Assembly (NCBI GenBank): GCA_963796105.1
Contig: CAWCKJ010000003.1
Location: 416,001 to 480,000, forward strand
Reading direction: 5' to 3'
Length of the DNA: 64,000 nucleotides
From: a candidate division FCPU426 bacterium
GTDB taxonomy: Bacteria > Oederibacteriota > Muellerivitia > Muellerivitales > Muellerivitaceae
Part shown: positions 37,505 to 47,700 of the stretch, piece after piece
How positions within the stretch are numbered: position 1 is the stretch's first letter
Layout of the letters: each line of letters begins with the position of its first letter
Position numbers and translations under genes: made by a program
Notes under the pieces: model-generated
Database searches by the model: none
Told to the model about the DNA's origin: nothing
What the model saw: the letters and a program-made list of their open reading frames with translations, nothing else

Positions 37505-38548
37505 TCAACAATTACTCTTCAAAGTTTTTTCAAACGGAGGTCGGCAAATGCCTTTCTCCAAAACAATCGCAGTAATTAATAATCCGGGTGTAATGTCAAA
37601 TGAAGGATTATAAGCGGGATATTCTTGTTTAGTTATTGGAAACCCTAACGGTTGTGTTACTTCGCTTGAATTTCGTTCCTCTATTTTAATATTACTCCCG
37701 TTTTTTCTGTTCAAGTCAAGGGTAGTAGATGGTGCAATTACATAAAACGGTATTTTATGTTCCTTTGCTAAAACCGCCAAACTATAAGTACCTATCTTAT
37801 TTGCGGTATCTCCATTTGCCGCAATTCTATCTGCGCCGACTATGACCGCATCAACTTTATTCTGTTTCATAATAAAAGCAGCCATATTATCAGTAATCAA
37901 ATGAAAATTAATCTTTGCCCGGTCCATTTCAAATGCAGTTAATCGTGCACCTTGCAAATAGGGTCTTGTTTCATCCACCCAAACATGAAGGTTTTTATTT
38001 TTTTTTGCAGCTTCTGTTATCACGGCTATAGCTGTTCCAATACCGCCAGTCGCCAACGCCCCTGCATTGCAATGGGTTAAAACATTCTTGCATTTTTTTA
38101 GCAATATTGAACCATGTCGTGCTAACTTCAAACACAACTGCTTATCTTCTTCGTGTATTTGTAACGCTTCCTTTTCTAATTTTAAAATTTGATTCGAAAT
38201 GGATTCGTTAACCCAAAATTTTAGAGTTTTTCGCATTCGTTCAAGCGACCAAAAAAGATTTACAGCGGTTGGACGTGTCTTCCATAATCTCTCAATCGCT
38301 TTTTCTATATTCTTTTGAAAAGACTTATTATTAACATTTTTGTTTTTATAAGCCGCTAACACAACACCATAACTAGAAGTCACACCGATAGCAGGAGCCC
38401 CTCTAACCGTCATGTTTTCTATCGCACGCGCCACCTTTTCTGAAGTATCGCATTTGATCCAAACCTCTTTAAATGGTAACTTTCTTTGGTCAAGTAAAAA
38501 TAAAGTATTATTGTTCCAGTAAATTGGGCTTAAGGGATTTTTCATCAT
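37505..38548 (-). CDS. mtnA: S-methyl-5-thioribose-1-phosphate isomerase
   Basis: LDQRKLP, VRGAPAIG, TRPTAVNL, THCNAGALAT, ETRPYLQGARLT, GADRIAANGDTANKIGTY. Confidence 0.95.
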   Translation of the reverse strand: MMKNPLSPIYWNNNTLFLLDQRKLPFKEVWIKCDTSEKVARAIENMTVRGAPAIGVTSSYGVVLAAYKNKNVNNKSFQKNIEKAIERLWKTRPTAVNLFWSLERMRKTLKFWVNESISNQILKLEKEALQIHEEDKQLCLKLARHGSILLKKCKNVLTHCNAGALATGGIGTAIAVITEAAKKNKNLHVWVDETRPYLQGARLTAFEMDRAKINFHLITDNMAAFIMKQNKVDAVIVGADRIAANGDTANKIGTYSLAVLAKEHKIPFYVIAPSTTLDLNRKNGSNIKIEERNSSEVTQPLGFPITKQEYPAYNPSFDITPGLLITAIVLEKGICRPPFEKTLKSNC

Positions 38549-38558
38549 TTTCCAATAA

Positions 38559-39386
38559 TTATTTATTTTCTAGAGAAAAAATAACTTCCTGCATTAACTC
38601 GGTCAATTTCGGTTCCGCTTCTTGAGAATATCTAATTATTTTTTTAATATCAGCGGGTTCAAGAATATCCGGAATACATTGATCAGTAACCACTGAAATG
38701 CCAAGAACTTTTAACCCACAATGAACAGCAACAATTACTTCAGGTACCGTTGACATTCCTACAACATCCGCCAAACTTGAAAGCCAACGGTACTCTGCAC
38801 GAGTTTCCAAATTTGGGCCCGTCACTGCAACATAGATGCCCTTATGTATTGGTATTCTTTTTTCCCAGGCGATTTTTTCCGCCAAGAGGATCAATTCCCT
38901 CGAATATGGTTCAGACATATCTGGCCATCGTGGACCTAGCTTGTCATCGTTTTTACCTATTAAAGGATTGTCCCCCATCATATTAATATGATCCTCAATT
39001 ATCATTAAGTCTCCAGGCTGAAAAGTCCTGTTCATTCCACCACAAGCGTTTGATACAAGAAGATATTCGATTCCAAGAGCTTTCATAACCCTTACCGGAA
39101 ATGTGACTTGCTCAAGTGAATAACCTTCGTATCGGTGAAAACGTCCCTTCATAGCAATTACTTGTGTATTTCCCATTTTCCCCAATACTAATTCACCGGC
39201 ATGTGATTCGACTGTCGAAAGTGGAAAATTAGGTATGTTTTTATACGATATTCGTATTGGTTCCTTAATTTCTGATGAAAGCGCCCCTAATCCAGTCCCC
39301 AAAATAATTCCTACTTTTGGTTTTTTTTTGGTATATTTCAAAATTATTGAAGTTGATTCGTTAATTTTCTCTAATAAATCATTCAT
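38559..39386 (-). CDS. punA: Purine nucleoside phosphorylase (trimeric PunA type)
   Basis: IILGTGLG, GRFHRYEGY, SNACGG, GPNLETRAE, VGMSTVPE. Confidence 0.92.
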   Translation of the reverse strand: MNDLLEKINESTSIILKYTKKKPKVGIILGTGLGALSSEIKEPIRISYKNIPNFPLSTVESHAGELVLGKMGNTQVIAMKGRFHRYEGYSLEQVTFPVRVMKALGIEYLLVSNACGGMNRTFQPGDLMIIEDHINMMGDNPLIGKNDDKLGPRWPDMSEPYSRELILLAEKIAWEKRIPIHKGIYVAVTGPNLETRAEYRWLSSLADVVGMSTVPEVIVAVHCGLKVLGISVVTDQCIPDILEPADIKKIIRYSQEAEPKLTELMQEVIFSLENK

Positions 39387-39684
39387 TTTGGTTCCCAACT
39401 CTCCCTCTCGGTTTTTCTAATCAATGACCTAATTTCATCAGAATTGAATCCGTAAAAATTAATTATTTTTTTTGTGATGTTATACCTTTCGTAATTTTCA
39501 AAAATCTTTTTTTCAAATCTAGTTTTCCAGCTCTTAATTAAATATTCTCTTTATTCGCATTTACTTCTACAGGCGCAGAGTGACATTTTATCTTTAAATA
39601 ACCATCCTCCACACTGACAATTTCATTCCTAGACGCTCGTTGTAATGACTTTAAATGAGACGCTACAATATCCCTCATGGTCAT
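39383..39684 (-). pseudogene. yggU: DUF167 (YggU/UPF0235) pseudogene
   Basis: Hand translation from ATG 39684: ...QRASRNEIVSVEDGYLKIKCHSAPVEVNANKENI*LRAGKLDLKKRFLKITKGITSQKK. In-frame TAA at 39538-39540 and a frameshift in the A8 run at 39466-39473. The shifted frame ends at TGA 39383, overlapping the punA ATG. Syntenic with yggT. Confidence 0.75.
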
Positions 39685-39714
39685 AGATAATTATTTCTTA
39701 TAAATTCGAGTTCT

Positions 39715-40014
39715 TTAACCTCTCAGTGTGTAGCAAATTAGCAATATCCAAGAAAAACCCAAGTGGGCCATAAATAATAGTAATATCAATAAGATTAATC
39801 CACGGCTATCAAATGATTTCCATTTAATCTGAAGAATATCAAACCCAGCACTTAATAAGGGTCGAATACTTAAAAATATTATTCTCCTCAAATAATTCAA
39901 CTTAGAATTTGGGAGCAAATGGAATATGAAATCTAAGAATAAAGCTAATGCGAGTAAGTCGCTGCTTATGACAATAAAATAACCAACTATTAAACCTAAT
40001 GAACCCATTAACAC
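39715..40014 (-). CDS. Divergent YggT-family membrane protein
   Basis: Small hydrophobic protein in yggS-proC-[yggT]-yggU synteny, with a weak match to the YggT pattern (SIRPLL...FDSRGLILLILL). Confidence 0.55.
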   Translation of the reverse strand: MLMGSLGLIVGYFIVISSDLLALALFLDFIFHLLPNSKLNYLRRIIFLSIRPLLSAGFDILQIKWKSFDSRGLILLILLLFMAHLGFSWILLICYTLRG

Positions 40015-40024
40015 TAATCCTTAT

Positions 40025-40843
40025 TTACTTACGCAAGTCCTTACTACGTTGAACCGCCGCAGCAATAGCAGAATACATTACTTCAGCAAAATGCAAATTA
40101 TCCATTTCAAGTAATGCTGCTTGAGTGGTGCCTCCCGGAGATGTAACTTGCATTGTCAGTTCTTCTGGTTTTTTCCCAGAGTTTAATATCATTTTCGCTG
40201 CCCCATAAATTGTTTGTGAAACCAGGTAAAAAGCAGTTGTTGAATTTAACCCGTGTTTTTTACCTGCCGTTGTTAAAATCTCTACTAAACGAAAAAAATA
40301 TGCAGGCCCACTTCCGGAAAGGGCTGTGACTATGTCCATTTGGTTTTCTTTGACAACAATAGTTTTTCCTACTGAGGAAAATAACGATAATACCAACTTC
40401 AATTGTGCTCTATTTGCCCTTCTTCCTGGAGATATTGCCGACATTCCCGCGCCTAATAGTGCCGGGGTGTTTGGCATGACACGAATGACAGGACATCCTT
40501 GCGGAAGAGCTTTTTCCAATTGATTTGTAGAAATACCAGCGGCAATAGATACAACCAATGCTTTTTTAGGGAAAAGGGGTCCTACCGTTGATAATAACTT
40601 TTCCATTTGTTGAGGTTTTACCGAAATAAGAATTAATTTTGTTCCCTTGAGTACAGAAACAGGATTATTGGTAGTTTTTATCCTTAAAGTTCTAGGTTGA
40701 TATTTAAATTTTTTCAAATCAATATCAACGGCTGTAATTCTGTCTCTTTTAATTATTTTTGTAGAAACCCAACCGGAAGCTAATGCTTTCCCCATTGCTC
40801 CAAATCCAAGAATCGTCGTTTTACCCAGGAATTTCACTCTCAT
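40025..40843 (-). CDS. proC: Pyrroline-5-carboxylate reductase
   Basis: GFGAMG, VKPQ, SIAAGI, RVMPNTP, ALSGSGPAY, VTSPGGTT. Confidence 0.96.
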   Translation of the reverse strand: MRVKFLGKTTILGFGAMGKALASGWVSTKIIKRDRITAVDIDLKKFKYQPRTLRIKTTNNPVSVLKGTKLILISVKPQQMEKLLSTVGPLFPKKALVVSIAAGISTNQLEKALPQGCPVIRVMPNTPALLGAGMSAISPGRRANRAQLKLVLSLFSSVGKTIVVKENQMDIVTALSGSGPAYFFRLVEILTTAGKKHGLNSTTAFYLVSQTIYGAAKMILNSGKKPEELTMQVTSPGGTTQAALLEMDNLHFAEVMYSAIAAAVQRSKDLRK

Positions 40844-40910
40844 CCTTTTAAATTATATAAATTTTGAAAAACACTTGAAATTAATAATTTTAACTCTTTA
40901 AGGATAAAGT

Positions 40911-41594
40911 TTAATTAAACCTATTTCCAAATAAAGCAGTCCCCAGTCTCACTAATGTGGAACCTTCTTCAATGGCTACTTCAAAATCGGAACTCATCCC
41001 CATAGAAAGAATATCAAAGCATTCTTTATTAATAGTAAGTGCCCTTACTTGATCATATATTTCTTTCAACCTTTTAAAGGAATTCCTTTGTTTATCAATG
41101 TCATTTGTTAATGGTCCAATTGTCATAAGACCTCTTAATTTCAAGAACGGCAAGTCAGTGATCATTTTAATAATCTCTAATACTTTTGAAACTTCCACGC
41201 CTGCTTTAGAGTTTTCTCCAGAAATATTTACTTCTAATAATATTTCCTGATTTCGTCCATCAAGTCGCTTTTCCAGGGCTAAGGCCAACTCTGTTGAGTC
41301 AATGGATTGAATTAATACAAATTTATTCTTGATTTTATTTATTTTATTCGTTTGTAGTCGTCCAAGTAAATGCCATCGAATGTCAGCGGGCAGCAACTCT
41401 ATTTTTTTTAACGCTTCTTGTATCTTATTTTCTCCAAATTCCTTCAAACCATAACCATATGCTATTTTTATAATTTCTACTGGCCAAGTCTTGGTTACCG
41501 CCAATAATTTTATATCCTCGGGTTTTCGCTTCGATCGCAATGCGGCAGAAGCTATCCTGTTTTTCACTTCATGAAATCGCGACTGGAAATCCAT
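40911..41594 (-). CDS. yggS: PLP homeostasis protein YggS/PROSC
   Basis: LLAVTKT, FGENKIQE, WHLLGRLQTNK, GLMTI, LSMGMSSDFEVAIEEGSTLVRLGTALFG. Confidence 0.95.
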   Translation of the reverse strand: MDFQSRFHEVKNRIASAALRSKRKPEDIKLLAVTKTWPVEIIKIAYGYGLKEFGENKIQEALKKIELLPADIRWHLLGRLQTNKINKIKNKFVLIQSIDSTELALALEKRLDGRNQEILLEVNISGENSKAGVEVSKVLEIIKMITDLPFLKLRGLMTIGPLTNDIDKQRNSFKRLKEIYDQVRALTINKECFDILSMGMSSDFEVAIEEGSTLVRLGTALFGNRFN

Positions 41595-41654
41595 CGATCA
41601 ATAGTTTCCCTTTATTTCGAGTGAATTATGGAAATAAGTTGATAAAAGAAGAGA

Positions 41655-42596
41655 CTAGATTTTTTCTTGGTTATTTTTAGGATTGGATAGAAGATGCCAC
41701 TCAACTAGAATCGGACTCGCGACAAAAACAGACGAATATGTACCTACAATAACACCCGCCTGAAGGGTCCAAGCAAAATCTTTTAAAGTGTCGCCTCCTA
41801 TGAGGCAAAGAGGTAATAGGGTTAAAAAAACAGTCAAACTAGTATTAATTGTTCTGCTCAATGTTTCATTAACGCTTAAATTAACTAAACCAGTGAAAGT
41901 TTCATCTTTTAATAGAAGTTTCAAATTTTCCCGGATTCTGTCAAAATTAACGACAGTATCATTCAAGGAATAACCAGCAAGAGTTAAAAGTGCCGTCACC
42001 TGAAGTAGGTTAAATTCTTTTCCAGTCAATATTATAAAAGCCATGACTACAAGAATATCATGAAATGTACAAATAATAGCTGCCACACCAAATCGAAAAT
42101 CAAATCTCCAAGCAATGTAAATCAAAATCCCAATCATGGCGATCATGAAAGCTTTTGTAGCGTCATCCCTCAGTTTTTGGGAAACCGCGGGACCAACTTC
42201 ATCACTTCCATCTAAAGAAAAATGGTCATTAGAAAATGATTTGTTAAATAAATCTAATATTTCCGCCCCGATACTACCAACTGCTTTTGTGGGATCATGT
42301 TTTATTTTTATAATGAAACGAAAAATTTTCGAATCGTTATCATTTACTTGCTGTATTTGGGCTTCTTGAAATCCGTCAACTTTCAAAACTTGACGAATTT
42401 TATCAATCCCAACATTAGTTGATGATGACATCCGGAGAAGAACACCAGCTCCAAAATCGGTTCCGAGATTGGCTTTTCCTTGTGACAACAAGTAACAAGC
42501 ATAAATACCAGCTAAACAAGCAAAAGCTGAAAGTGACATGAAAATTCGTCTTGGTTTCATAAAGTTGATTTTAGGTTCATTAAACCATTGGATCAT
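41655..42596 (-). CDS. secF: Protein translocase subunit SecF
   Basis: LGTDF.G, EVGPAVS, GYSLNDTVVNFDRIREN, TLSRTINTS, GTYSSVFVA. Confidence 0.95.
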   Translation of the reverse strand: MIQWFNEPKINFMKPRRIFMSLSAFACLAGIYACYLLSQGKANLGTDFGAGVLLRMSSSTNVGIDKIRQVLKVDGFQEAQIQQVNDNDSKIFRFIIKIKHDPTKAVGSIGAEILDLFNKSFSNDHFSLDGSDEVGPAVSQKLRDDATKAFMIAMIGILIYIAWRFDFRFGVAAIICTFHDILVVMAFIILTGKEFNLLQVTALLTLAGYSLNDTVVNFDRIRENLKLLLKDETFTGLVNLSVNETLSRTINTSLTVFLTLLPLCLIGGDTLKDFAWTLQAGVIVGTYSSVFVASPILVEWHLLSNPKNNQEKI

Positions 42597-42663
42597 GTAA
42601 AGCCTTCCAAACATTGAGATGTATCAAAACGTCCTAATAAACATTTAAAAACTAAAAATGAAA

Positions 42664-43965
42664 TTAGATACTCAACACGTGATATTCTTTTCGAGCGTCA
42701 AAAATCATTTTTGTGATGACAACTGCAGTAAACAAACTTAATGCCACACCAAGACTTAATGTAACCGCAAAACCCTTTATCGGGCCAGTTCCAAATTGGA
42801 ATAATACTGCTGCCGATATTAATGTTGTCACATGCGTATCGATAATTGCAACTAGTGCTCTTTTATATCCTGCTTCAATAGCTGCTCGTATCGTTTTACC
42901 AGCTTTTAACTCCTCACGAATCCTTTCAAATATTAAGACATTTGAATCTACCGACAACCCGAGAGTTAAAATTATGCCAGCAATGCCTGGCAATGTAAGG
43001 GTAGCTTTTAAATATGAAAGCGCACCCACCAAATAAACCATGTTTACAATTAAACCCATGTTCGCTATAAAACCAGAAACCCGGTAATAAATGGCCATAA
43101 AAAACAAAACTAATAGGAGACCATACAATGCAGCTAATGTGCCCTTTTTAACCGAATCAGACCCTAAAGTTGGACCGACCTGAAATTGACCCGTCACTTT
43201 TAATGGCGCTGGTAAGGTACCAGCCCTAAGAACTAGAGCCAGATCCCTTGATTCCTCGTCGGTAAAACTCCCTGTAATAATTCCTTTTCCACCAGGTATG
43301 CGGGTTTGTATTTCAGGAGCAGAATAAACAATTCCATCAAGAATTATGGCGAGTTGGCGATGAATATTATCACCGGTTATAATGCCAAATTTATGCCCAC
43401 CTTCTGCATTCAAGGTAAAAGCAATATAGGGACGGCCATAAGTATCTGTTTGAACCTGAGCATCCACCAATGATTCCCCGGTGAGTAGAACTTCTTCACA
43501 CAGGTATTCACGATTTTCTTTCCCTGGAAAATAGGTAATGCCTTTGGGAAGTTTTTCTTTTTCCACTTTACCATCTTTATCTAAAAAATCCGATTCGCGA
43601 AGTTTTGAGACTAAGCGAAATTCTAATTGCGCAGTTGAAAGAATAATGTCTCTTGCCCTTTTAATATCCGATAAGCCCGGGAGTTGAATAACAATATCAG
43701 AAATTCCTTCTCTTTCTAAAACCGGTTCGCTTACTCCTAAACCGTCTATCCGATTACGAAGAATTTCCAAAGCCCGATCGGCAGCATCGGATATTTCCTG
43801 ATCGGTCTTTCCCTGAATTTTGTCCCTGTCAACCTCCAGGTTTAAATGCAATCCCCCACGAATATCTAAACCCAATTTGAGTTTTTGTGAAGGAGGATAG
43901 GTCCCATAAACACAAACCCCAATAAGGGCAATTACTATTAATGCCATCCATTTTTGAAAATTCAC
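42664..43965 (-). CDS. secD: Protein translocase subunit SecD
   Basis: LKLGLDIRGG, RIDGLGVSEP, VGPTLG, TLPGIAGIILTLGLSVDSNVLIFERIREE. Confidence 0.96.
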   Translation of the reverse strand: MNFQKWMALIVIALIGVCVYGTYPPSQKLKLGLDIRGGLHLNLEVDRDKIQGKTDQEISDAADRALEILRNRIDGLGVSEPVLEREGISDIVIQLPGLSDIKRARDIILSTAQLEFRLVSKLRESDFLDKDGKVEKEKLPKGITYFPGKENREYLCEEVLLTGESLVDAQVQTDTYGRPYIAFTLNAEGGHKFGIITGDNIHRQLAIILDGIVYSAPEIQTRIPGGKGIITGSFTDEESRDLALVLRAGTLPAPLKVTGQFQVGPTLGSDSVKKGTLAALYGLLLVLFFMAIYYRVSGFIANMGLIVNMVYLVGALSYLKATLTLPGIAGIILTLGLSVDSNVLIFERIREELKAGKTIRAAIEAGYKRALVAIIDTHVTTLISAAVLFQFGTGPIKGFAVTLSLGVALSLFTAVVITKMIFDARKEYHVLSI

Positions 43966-44059
43966 AAACTACCTTTCGATCATAATATTAAATACAAGCC
44001 ACCGTTTTTGCCGAATCGGCGAAAGTGAATAAATTTAAGAGAATTATTAAAACCGACGC

Positions 44060-44088
44060 AGTATAAAGAAAAAATCAACTTCCTGCAA
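44060..44088 (-). promoter_or_regulatory. Sigma-70-like promoter for secDF
   Basis: Minus strand TTGCAG-N17-TATACT, about 95 nt upstream of secD. Confidence 0.45.
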
Positions 44089-44121
44089 CGATTTACTAAT
44101 TCAGTAAGTTAATATCATTAA

Positions 44122-44451
44122 TCAGATGTTAAGAATTTCTTGAATTTCTTCGACTAGTTTAGTCTTTGGGTGGGCCCCAACAAGCTGTTTAACCATTTGT
44201 CCGTTTTTAAAAAACAATAATGTTGGAATACTTCTAATATGAAAATCAATTGAGACTTGCTGATTTTCATCCACATTTACTTTAGCAATTTTAATTTTTC
44301 CTTCATACTCCTTTGCCAACTCATCCAGCAAAGGTGAGACCAACCTGCATGGGCCACACCATTCCGCCCAAAAATCAACCAGAACTGGTATTTTAGAATC
44401 CATTACATCATTTTTAAAATTTGCATCAGTTGTGTGAACGGTGTTTCCCAT
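44122..44451 (-). CDS. trxA: Thioredoxin
   Basis: VDFWAEWCGPC, IRSIPTL. ATG 44451 has a GGAGG RBS. Confidence 0.96.
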   Translation of the reverse strand: MGNTVHTTDANFKNDVMDSKIPVLVDFWAEWCGPCRLVSPLLDELAKEYEGKIKIAKVNVDENQQVSIDFHIRSIPTLLFFKNGQMVKQLVGAHPKTKLVEEIQEILNI

Positions 44452-44506
44452 AACTTCCTCCGCCTTTTCGAATTCCATATCAGTTATATTAAAATTATCA
44501 ATCAAA

Positions 44507-44535
44507 AGTCTAAGTTTCGCTCCATTGAGTGTCAA
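44507..44535 (-). promoter_or_regulatory. Sigma-70-like promoter for trxA
   Basis: Minus strand TTGACA-N17-TAGACT. Confidence 0.5.
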
Positions 44536-44760
44536 GGACAGATAATTGTTTGTTGATATAAAATTTAAGCATTATCCCTTTGGATGTAATATTCTCGAGA
44601 CCCTAGCTTCATAATATTAAACAAAAATTTTACTAAACCTTTAATCGTTTTCGGATTTCAATATTTTGTTGGATTTGATCAAGAAAAAACGCCAACTCAC
44701 AAGAACCAGCAATTCGAAAAATAAATATCACAGCACAATTATGTTTAGAAATATTATTTT

Positions 44761-47700
44761 TCAGGGCAAGGCTAATAATTTGTAAATCTTTTGAATTTTT
44801 CTATTGGTAGCACTTATTTCTATTCTAAGATAGTATAATCCTCCAGCCACTTTTCCGCCGTCACGATCATGAAAATCCCAATATATAAAAGAATTTCCAT
44901 TTGAAAGACCACCTCCCCATGCAATTTTCCTGAAAGCAGTCGTAAAAACAGACCATTCGACGGTATAGGAATCAGAATAATAAATTTTTACGGTTACTGG
45001 TCTTGTTCCATCACCAGGATTTGGATAGGGTCGCGAAATTGAAATAGACTCGGATTTTGGCGTGAGGATTAATGTAGGCGTATTGGTCAATGTAATTGCA
45101 AAAGTTTTTGTTGCAGTATATGTCGGTGTATTTGTATAGGTATCAACATAAGTGTTTGTTGAGGTAAATGTAGTTGAAGGAGTTTGAGAGGGTGCAAAAG
45201 TGAAGGTATAAGTCGGAGAATAAGTCATTGTACTTGTTGAATTACCTGTCGGGGTATTGGTGGATTTAGGCGTTGATGTTAGTGTCGGTGTAATGGTGGG
45301 GGTGGAAGTCGGAGTGCTGGTGGAAGTAGAGGTGTTGGTTAAGGTAAGGGTTGGTGTCATCGTAGAAGTCGGCGTGGATATATTCGTTGGCGTAAAGGTG
45401 TGTGTAGAAGTCGATGAAGGCGTAAGAGTTATTGTTAGCATCGGTGTCGGAGTATTGGTGGATGTGTTGGTCTGAGTATTCGTGGAAGTGGACGTGAAAG
45501 TCATAGTTGGGGTACTGGTGGTCGTATTCGTGGGCGCCTGAGTCTCTGTAGGTGTATTCGTAAGGGTAGGCGTAATGGACGAGGTGGGGGTATTGGTGGG
45601 CGTAGAAGTCGGGGTATTGGTTGGGGTAGAAGTAGGAGTATTCGTCGGTGTTGGGGTGGAGGTTACCGTAGGAGAAGGAGTTGGTATGGGTGTTGGAGTC
45701 CCACTAGGAGTGGAAGTCGGCATCGGTGTGGGAGTTTTAGTGGATGTGGGTATTGGGGTATTACTGGATGTGGATGTCGGAGTATTCGTGGGCGAGGGTG
45801 TGGGGGTCACGGTTGGTGTGTCAGTAGGTGTCGATGTCAGGGTCTTGGTCGGGGTGATAGTGGGCGTATTGGTGGGCGACTGGGTTCCGGTCGGCGTATT
45901 CGTGGCTGTGAGAATAATGGTAGGTGTGGGTGTCATAGTGGGTGTGGGAGTAGTCGTTGGCGTTGGAGTCGGCGTTCTCGTTAGGGAAAGGGTTGGCGTA
46001 TTCGTAGGTGTTGGAGTTGGTGTAGTTGTTTGAGTGGGGGTCGGAGTATTCGTAGGCGTGGAGGTACTGGTAGGTGTCGAGGTTGATGTTATCGTAGGAG
46101 TATTGGTCGGAGTCGGTGTGGAAGTCCTAGTCGGTGTGGTAGTTGGCGTATTGGTTGTTGTGGGCGTATGCGTTGGAGTCGGGGTAGTCGTTAGAGTGGG
46201 AGTCGTAGTATTCGTAGGCGTAGAGGTAATGGTAGGTGTCGGGGTTGAGGTCATCGTAGGAGTATTAGTCGGAGTTGGTGTGGAAGTCCTGGTCGAGGTG
46301 GGGGTCGGTGTGGTAGTTGGCGTATTGGTTGGGGTGGGCGAATGTGTTGGCGTATTCGTAGGTGTTGGAGTTGGTGTGGTTGTTGAAGTGAGAGTCGGAG
46401 TATTCGTAGGTGTAGAGGTAATGGTAGGTGTCGGGGTTGAGGTCATCGTAGGAGTATTAGTCGGAGTTGGTGTGGGAGTCCTGGTCGAGGTGGGGGTCGG
46501 TGTGGTAGTTGGCGTATTGGTTGGGGTGGGCGAATGTGTTGGTGTATTCGTAGGTGTTGGAGTTGGTGTGGTTGTTGAAGTGAGAGTCGGAGTATTCGTT
46601 GGCGTGGGGGTAATGGTAGGTGTCGGGGTTGGGGTCCTCGTAGAAGTATTGGTCGGAGTCGGCGTGGGAGTCCTGGTCGGGGTGGTAGTTGGCGTATTGG
46701 TTGGGGTGAGCGAATGCGTTGGCGTATTCGAAGGTGTTGGAGTTGGTGTGGTTGTTTGAGTGGGAGTCGGAGTATTGGTCGGGGTCGAAGTTGGAGTATT
46801 GGTATAGGTAAGGGAAGGCGTCGTCGTAGGAGTGGGCGTGGATGTATTCGACGGCGTCTTGGTTGACGTGGAAGTGGGCGTCGGTGTGGGAGTTTTAGTG
46901 GGCGTGGGTGTTGGGGTATTGCTGGATGTGGACGTCGGAGTATTCGTAGGCGTGAGGGTAATGGTAGGTGTCAAGGTTGGGGTTGTCGTAGAAATATTGG
47001 TCGGAGTCGGCGTGGGAGTCCTGGTCGGGGTGGCGGTCGGGGTGTTCGTAGGGGTCGATGTAGAAGTCCTGGTGGGGGTAGGTGTTGGTGTCGTGGTAGA
47101 CGTCGGGGTTCTTGTGGCAGTTAGTGTTAGTGTGGGAGTAGATGTTCGCGTATAAGTGTTTGTCGCTGAACTCGTTATTGTATTGGTTAGAGTTCGGGTG
47201 GCCGTGAAAGTGTTGCTAGAGGTGATAGTCGGAGTACTTGTGAATGTTCGGGTTGGTGTTATCGTTGTGGTACGGGTTGCTGTGGAAGTAAAAGTAGATG
47301 TTGAAGGGCAGTTTAAAATAGCCGTTCGAGTGGGACTAAGTGTAATAATAGGTGTACAGGTCGCGTTTCCACATGGCGAATTGATATCATAAGCGTGCTT
47401 TACAGCCCAAATGGTATTAGCTCGCATATAATAGGGCGCACGAATATTGGTCAACCCAGTCATCCAAGCTTCTGGGGTTCGAAACCACATTTGCCCAGTA
47501 TTCCAAATGCTGTTGTATAGACTGTTCCCGATGGAAACAGCCTGGGTGAACATTCCTTCCTGAATCATCCCAGCCACTGCTCCCCAGGTCGTACCTACCC
47601 AGACTTCCTCACCCTGCGAGGTGCTGGTGTCAGCTGTTCCGCTGGTGGTCATGACGTTGACAGCGCCATGCGCTCCCGAATCGAATTTGGCCCAATTGTT

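Noticed and set aside
39538..39540. Stop-codon reassignment or readthrough as an explanation for the DUF167 internal TAA
   Set aside because: TAA terminates many intact genes in the window, and the gene also has a frameshift, so pseudogenisation is simpler.
1222..43036. Short plus-strand and nested ORFs overlapping flagellar and housekeeping genes
   Set aside because: They are antisense or alternative-frame ORFs inside well-supported genes, with no recognisable motifs.
44452..44535. N-terminal extension of thioredoxin in the ORF track
   Set aside because: This stretch contains the predicted promoter, and ATG 44451 has a strong RBS.
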